From NCBI GenBank assembly GCA_034422075.1, contig DAOUJX010000060.1, positions 73,244-137,243 of the forward strand: 64,000 nt of DNA, in the 5' to 3' direction. Numbering within the stretch: position 1 is the stretch's first letter; each line of letters begins with the position of its first letter. Below, piece after piece: positions 59,463 to 64,000 of this stretch. The DNA comes from Dehalococcoidia bacterium. Its GTDB lineage: Bacteria > Chloroflexota > Dehalococcoidia > Lucifugimonadales > Australimonadaceae. A program made the translations under genes and the position numbers. The notes beneath the pieces were generated by a model that was not told the origin of the DNA, searched no databases, and saw only the letters and a program-made list of their open reading frames with translations.

Positions 59463-60524
59463 ATGCCGCGCGGTGTGATAGAGGCGTACCGCGAGCGGCT
59501 GCCGGTCAGCGCGCTGACGCCGACCCTGACGCTGGGGGAGGGGGGTACGCCGTTGGTGCGCTCGCGCGCAATTGAGCAGCAGGCGGGCGTTGGGCGGCTG
59601 TTCTTCAAGCTGGAGGGCTGCAACCCCACGGGCTCCTTCAAGGACCGCGGCATGGTCGTGGCAGTCGCCAAAGCGCTGGAGGCAGGCCACGAGACCGTTC
59701 TTTGTGCCTCGACCGGCAACACCTCGGCCGCCGCCGCCGCCTACGCAGCAGCAGCAGGGCTGCGTAGCATCGTCCTCGTGCCGCAAGGCGACATTGCGCT
59801 CGGCAAGCTGAGTCAGGCGATGGCCTACGGCGCGCACATCGTGAGCGTGCGCGGCAAGTTCGACCGCGCCCTTGCCATCGCGCGCCAGATCGCCGACACG
59901 TACCCCATAAGCCTCGTCAACTCCGTCAATCCGCACCGCATAGAGGGGCAGAAGACGGCGGCGTTCGAGGTAGTCGACGAGCTGGGCGACGCTCCCGACT
60001 ACCTGTGCATCCCCGTGGGCAACGCCGGCAACATCACGGCGTACTGGCGCGGCTTCGTCGAGTACGCAGCCGACGGGCCCGCGAGCCGCAGGCCCCGCAT
60101 GATGGGCTTTGAGGCGGAGGGTGCCGCGCCCATCGCCACCGGCAAGCCCGTCGCCGAGCCCACCACCGTCGCGTCCGCCATCCGGATCGGCGATCCTGCG
60201 AGCTGGACGGGTGCGGTGGCCGCGCGCGATGAGTCGGACGGCGCCATTGAGACGGTGAGCGACGGCGAAATCGTCGAGGCGTTCCGACTGCTTGCGCGCG
60301 GCGAGGGGCTGTTCTGCGAGCCTGCCTCCGCTGCGTCCGTGGCAGGACTGCTCAAACTCGCTGCGTCCTCCGATAGGTTCGCGGGGCGAGACGTAGTATG
60401 TGTGTTGACGGGCACGGGCCTCAAAGACCCCGAGTTCGCCATGGACGCCGCCCGCATCGAGCCAGAGGAGGCGAACGCCGAATTCGAGGCGGTCGCCGCT
60501 CTGTTGGGCCTGCGGGCGGGGTAG
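59463..60524 (+). CDS. thrC: threonine synthase
   Basis: FKLEGCNPTGSFKDRG (PLP lysine), ASTGNTSAA. Confidence 0.9.
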   Translation: MPRGVIEAYRERLPVSALTPTLTLGEGGTPLVRSRAIEQQAGVGRLFFKLEGCNPTGSFKDRGMVVAVAKALEAGHETVLCASTGNTSAAAAAYAAAAGLRSIVLVPQGDIALGKLSQAMAYGAHIVSVRGKFDRALAIARQIADTYPISLVNSVNPHRIEGQKTAAFEVVDELGDAPDYLCIPVGNAGNITAYWRGFVEYAADGPASRRPRMMGFEAEGAAPIATGKPVAEPTTVASAIRIGDPASWTGAVAARDESDGAIETVSDGEIVEAFRLLARGEGLFCEPASAASVAGLLKLAASSDRFAGRDVVCVLTGTGLKDPEFAMDAARIEPEEANAEFEAVAALLGLRAG

Positions 60525-60601
60525 CCTCGATGGCCAGCGCATCCAATCGTGCGATGCCCGAGGCCGACGATAAGGGGGCATAATGCACCGAACGGAGTCC
60601 T

Positions 60602-61570
60602 ATGACCTGCGTCGTTAGCACGGCCACTTTTGCGTCCCTCCAATCGCAGTGGGAAGCGCTTGCGGGGCGCCAGACACACGCCTCCATCTTTCTCACGCCG
60701 CTCTGGCAATGCGCGTGGTGGGACTCCTTCGGCCAAGGCAGGGAACTGCGGCTCTTGCCGATAGGCGGCGAGGCCGCGCCATCGGCCATCGCCCCCATGA
60801 TGCTCTGCGGCGACACGCTGGCCTTTCTCGGCGGCAGCGACCTCTTCGACTACCACGACGTCATCCTGGGCAACGGCGCCGATGCACTGGACGAGGTTGC
60901 GCGCTGCATCCTCGCTGAGGAGTGGAAGCGCCTCGAGCTGCTGTCGCTGCGGGACGGGTCGCATGCGCTTGAGGCGTTGCCGGAACGCTTGAGCCGCGCG
61001 GGATGCGAGGTCAGCATCGAGCAGGAGGGCGTATCGCCCGGCATTGTGCTGCCGGCAACCTGGGACGACTACCTTGCGGCGCTTCGAAAGAAGGACCGCC
61101 ATGAGCTGCGGCGCAAGTTGCGCCGCCTCGATGCTGCCGGCCCATGGCGAGTTGTTGCCGCGACGCCGCAATCGCTCGACGAGGACATTGCCCTGTTCTT
61201 GGAGCTGATGCGCGAGAGCCGTGATGAGAAGCGCATTTTCATGGCGCCCGAGCGGGAAGCGTTCTTCCGGACCATACTGCGGCGCACCTCGGAGGCTGGG
61301 TACTTGCGGCTCATGTTCTTGGAAGTAGCGGGAGAGCGCGCGGCGGGCGTGGTGTGCTTTGACTACGCGGGCCGCAGGCACCTTTACAACAGCGGCTATC
61401 GCTTGGACTACGGCGCGCTCAGCGTGGGATTGTTGCTCAAGGCCCTGACCCTGCGTGAGGCCATTGAGCAAGGGCTGACATACTACGACCTCCTGCGGGG
61501 CGCGGAGCCCTACAAGCACCATTTGGGCGCGCGCGACGTTGCACTGTACACGCTGCGCGCCAGTCGCTAG
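60602..61570 (+). CDS. GNAT-fold acetyltransferase, CelD/BioF2-like family
   Basis: N-terminal WEALAGRQTHASIFLTPLWQCAWWDSFG and C-terminal YNSGY...LLKALTLREAIEQGLTYYDLLRG fit the CelD-like (Acetyltransf_6) pattern. Confidence 0.6.
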   Translation: MTCVVSTATFASLQSQWEALAGRQTHASIFLTPLWQCAWWDSFGQGRELRLLPIGGEAAPSAIAPMMLCGDTLAFLGGSDLFDYHDVILGNGADALDEVARCILAEEWKRLELLSLRDGSHALEALPERLSRAGCEVSIEQEGVSPGIVLPATWDDYLAALRKKDRHELRRKLRRLDAAGPWRVVAATPQSLDEDIALFLELMRESRDEKRIFMAPEREAFFRTILRRTSEAGYLRLMFLEVAGERAAGVVCFDYAGRRHLYNSGYRLDYGALSVGLLLKALTLREAIEQGLTYYDLLRGAEPYKHHLGARDVALYTLRASR

Positions 61571-61578
61571 GGCCGGGC

Positions 61579-62775
61579 ATGGCCGCCGTGCAGCGCGTCG
61601 CCGTTGTCTCCGTCCACGGCAGCCCGCTAGCGACGCCTGGCGCGCGCTCAGCAGGCGGCATGAGCGTCTACCTGCGCCACCTGCCGCTCGCCCTCGGCGA
61701 ATTGGGCGTGGCAGTCGACGTCTTTACGCGCGCACACGACGCCTCCGAGCCGCAGGAGGTATCGCTCGGCCCGCGTACGCGCGTCATCCACGTTCATGGC
61801 TGCCCGCTCGAACTGCCGAAAGAATGGGTGCCCGCCCACCTTCCTGCCGTGCTGGCGGGTATCCGCGACTTCGTCGTACGCGGTGGAGCGGCCTACGACC
61901 TCGTACACAGCCACTACTGGCTCTCGGGATGGGTCGGGAGCGAGGTCGCACGCGGTCTCGGCGTGCCGCACGCCGTCACCTTCCACACGCACGGCGCGAC
62001 CAAGGAGGCTGCGTTCGGCGACAAGGAGCCGCCGGAGCGCCATGCGATGGAAGCGCAGATGGCGCAGTCGGCATCGCGCATCATGGCCTTCACGCCCGAC
62101 GAGGCGGATGCCCTGCAGCGGCGTTACGGCCTGCCGCCTGAGCGAATCGCCGTCGTACCTGCAGGCGTCGACTGCCGCCTATTCGCGCCTGGTGACAAGC
62201 ACGCGGCACGGCATGCGCTCGGCCTGCCGCTCGAGCCGCCCCTGGTGCTGTACGCGGGCAGGCTGGAAGCGTACAAGGCGCCCGACATCGCAGTCCGAGC
62301 GCTCGCGCATTTGCCGGGGGTGCAGCTGGTCGTCGTTGGCGGCGATCCTGCCGACGCGGGCAGGGCGTGGCTCAGCGAGGTAGCGGCCCGTGCCGGAGTA
62401 GCCGAGCGCGTCCACTGGCACGATGCCGTGCCGCACGAGCGCCTGCGCGACTACTACGTGGCTGCCGACCTCCTGGCGGCGCCGTCGTACCATGAGAGCT
62501 TCGGGCTGGCGGTGCTTGAGGCGATGGGGTGCGGTGTGCCGGTAGTCGCCGCCAACGTCGGTGGCTTGCGCGGCATTGTCGCGGACGGCGAGACGGGCAT
62601 CCTCGTCGAATCGCGCGAGCCAGGCGCGTACGCCGCGCACATCCAAGCACTCCTGCGCGACGCCGAGCGCATCGCAGCGATGTCGCGTGCTGCGGTGTCC
62701 GCGGCAGCGGGCTACACCTGGGGCGCAGTAGCGGAGCGCATGCTTGCGGAATACGAATGCGCGGTGACGGCCTAG
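61579..62775 (+). CDS. glycosyltransferase family 4 (MshA/BshA-like retaining GT-B)
   Basis: RVAVVSVHGSPLATPGARSAGGMSVY and YDLVHSHYWLSG closely resemble MshA-type N-terminal motifs. C-terminal E-x7-E region (SYHESFGLAVLEAMGCG). Confidence 0.8.
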   Translation: MAAVQRVAVVSVHGSPLATPGARSAGGMSVYLRHLPLALGELGVAVDVFTRAHDASEPQEVSLGPRTRVIHVHGCPLELPKEWVPAHLPAVLAGIRDFVVRGGAAYDLVHSHYWLSGWVGSEVARGLGVPHAVTFHTHGATKEAAFGDKEPPERHAMEAQMAQSASRIMAFTPDEADALQRRYGLPPERIAVVPAGVDCRLFAPGDKHAARHALGLPLEPPLVLYAGRLEAYKAPDIAVRALAHLPGVQLVVVGGDPADAGRAWLSEVAARAGVAERVHWHDAVPHERLRDYYVAADLLAAPSYHESFGLAVLEAMGCGVPVVAANVGGLRGIVADGETGILVESREPGAYAAHIQALLRDAERIAAMSRAAVSAAAGYTWGAVAERMLAEYECAVTA

Positions 62776-63341
62776 GCCAGTACGAGCCGGCGGAACACCG
62801 CCAGGATGACGCGGGGGATGATGCGCAAGGCCCAGATGAGCGCCCAAGCCAAGATGGAGGCGACGATGCCGATGGCCGCGCCGGCGAGTACGTCGGTCGG
62901 GTAGTGGACGCCGGCGTAGACGCGCCCGAACGCCCAGAGGAACGCCAACGCATAGCAGATAAGCCCCAGGGGCCGGTGCTTCACGAAGACCGCCGTCGCC
63001 ATCGCAAAGCCCGTTGCGGCGCTGTTGGAGGGGAAGGAGGAGTCGGTCGGTTCGTAGAAGGCAATGAGGATGTCATGCTCAGCGAAGGGGCGCAGGCGTG
63101 AGACGTGGACGTTGAGGAGGGAGACCGCGAGGTTGGCGAACCCCAGGCCGCTAATCGCTGCCACGGTCGTTAGCTGGTTCTGATAGAGCTGCACGCCCCT
63201 GCCCCAGAACCAGAGCGCGATCAGCAGGAGAGACCCCAGCACGGGCACGAAGTAGTCGCTCATCAAGAGCTCCATGAGCCTGTCGAAGGGGCCGAACTTG
63301 CCGACGGCCGCGTTGAGCCACTCGACGATTGCGGCGTCCAT
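62772..63341 (-). CDS. PAP2-family phosphatase (undecaprenyl-diphosphatase-like)
   Basis: Acid-phosphatase motifs SFPSNSAA and RVYAGVHYPTDV, with multiple TM helices. Confidence 0.8.
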   Translation of the reverse strand: MDAAIVEWLNAAVGKFGPFDRLMELLMSDYFVPVLGSLLLIALWFWGRGVQLYQNQLTTVAAISGLGFANLAVSLLNVHVSRLRPFAEHDILIAFYEPTDSSFPSNSAATGFAMATAVFVKHRPLGLICYALAFLWAFGRVYAGVHYPTDVLAGAAIGIVASILAWALIWALRIIPRVILAVFRRLVLA

Positions 63342-63763
63342 CAGCCGGACTTATCCCAAAAGCGCAGGCCCGAGAGCAACGCGCGCGCAAAGGTCGTCGT
63401 GCGCAGCGCCTCCAGACCCTTGCCTCCGTCGTGCGTTGCGTCGCGCGCCCAGCGCTCGTTAACGACCGAGGTAAGCGCGAAGATTGCTGCAATCGTGAGG
63501 CCGGCGCTCGTAGCGAAGAGCCGCCCTTGCGTCACGCCGTCGAGGCCTGCGACGGAGTCGGGCAGGTTGCGCTCGCCGCTTCCGAAGAAGAACCAGATGA
63601 AGACGCCGACGATCGCAGAGGCGGCGGCGACCTCCGTTGCGCGCGGCCAGCGTCGGAGGAGAAGGATGCCCTCAAGGCCGTTGCGGGCCGCCGCAATCTG
63701 GACGACACCTGCCGTGCTGACCGCGACAAGGACCAAGTAGTCGAACGTGAATTCGGTTGCCAT
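63341..63763 (-). CDS. hypothetical membrane protein
   Basis: 140 aa with about 4 hydrophobic segments. Its stop overlaps the start of the PAP2 gene. No family recognised. Confidence 0.45.
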   Translation of the reverse strand: MATEFTFDYLVLVAVSTAGVVQIAAARNGLEGILLLRRWPRATEVAAASAIVGVFIWFFFGSGERNLPDSVAGLDGVTQGRLFATSAGLTIAAIFALTSVVNERWARDATHDGGKGLEALRTTTFARALLSGLRFWDKSG

Positions 63764-63797
63764 GCGCCGCCGCAGGCGCTATGCGGGCGCCACCGCC

Positions 63798-64000
63798 CTA
63801 GCCTGCCGTGACCTGCGGCATCGCGGTGGTGCACATGTGCGCATAGAGCTCGTTATTGCCGCGAACGATGTCGAAGTAGATCTCCTGTAGGCGGCGCGTT
63901 ATCGGCCCCGCTCCACCGCTACCCACCAAGCGGTGGTCGACGGAGCCGACTGCCTGGATGTGCGCTGCCGTCCCCGTCAGGAAAACCTCGTCTGCGGTGT
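63798..64000 (-). CDS. ilvE: branched-chain amino acid aminotransferase, C-terminal fragment (5' end beyond window)
   Basis: Minus-strand translation from the window edge gives TADEVFLTGTAAHIQAVGSVDHRLVGSGGAGPITRRLQEIYFDIVRG...*, with the stop at 63800-63798. Not in the ORF track because no start codon lies in the window. Confidence 0.8.
   Translation of the reverse strand, partial: TADEVFLTGTAAHIQAVGSVDHRLVGSGGAGPITRRLQEIYFDIVRGNNELYAHMCTTAMPQVTAG

Noticed and set aside
59241-61522. Two long minus-strand ORFs (446 and 507 aa) across thrC and the CelD-like gene
   Set aside because: They are antisense to well-supported plus-strand genes, with an Arg/Pro/Ala-rich composition typical of out-of-frame G+C-rich reading.

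Overview
High-G+C bacterial chromosomal segment, almost gap-free and dominated by housekeeping genes on both strands. It includes a long minus-strand run, rpsB-tsf-pyrH-frr-uppS-cdsA-dxr-rseP-ispG, several with 1-nt stop/start overlaps (TAATG/TGATG). Other core genes are recG, era, ffh, glyA, ftsH, fhs, obg-nadD-pyrE, gyrB, rpsF-ssb-rpsR, hom-thrC, pyrD, pepA and one tRNA-Gly(CCC). No rRNA, CRISPR array, transposase or integrase is visible. Many long ORFs in the six-frame track are antisense or alternate-frame shadows of real genes, as expected at this G+C, and several tracked ORFs start too far upstream. I re-set those starts where homology-type N-termini and RBS or overlap signals allow. The clearest accessory signal is a ~0.9-kb, visibly A/T-richer islet inserted into the 3' end of ffh. 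It is bounded by 44-bp direct repeats (43/44 identical) that duplicate the ffh stop region. It carries one gene with its own sigma70-like promoter, encoding an HKD (phospholipase-D family) nuclease domain fused to two CxxC-x12-CxxC zinc ribbons. No recombinase lies inside the islet. Other second-look items: a stand-alone GyrA C-terminal domain gene with an intact GyrA-box; a ParA plus ribbon-helix-helix-like partner cassette behind an A/T-rich region; a GreA with a ~110-aa N-terminal extra domain; a minimal GIY-YIG protein with an RGG tail; S18 with a ~95-aa charged tail; and a lipoprotein serine protease with internal repeats. All functional calls rest on motif recognition by eye. No database search or computation was run.
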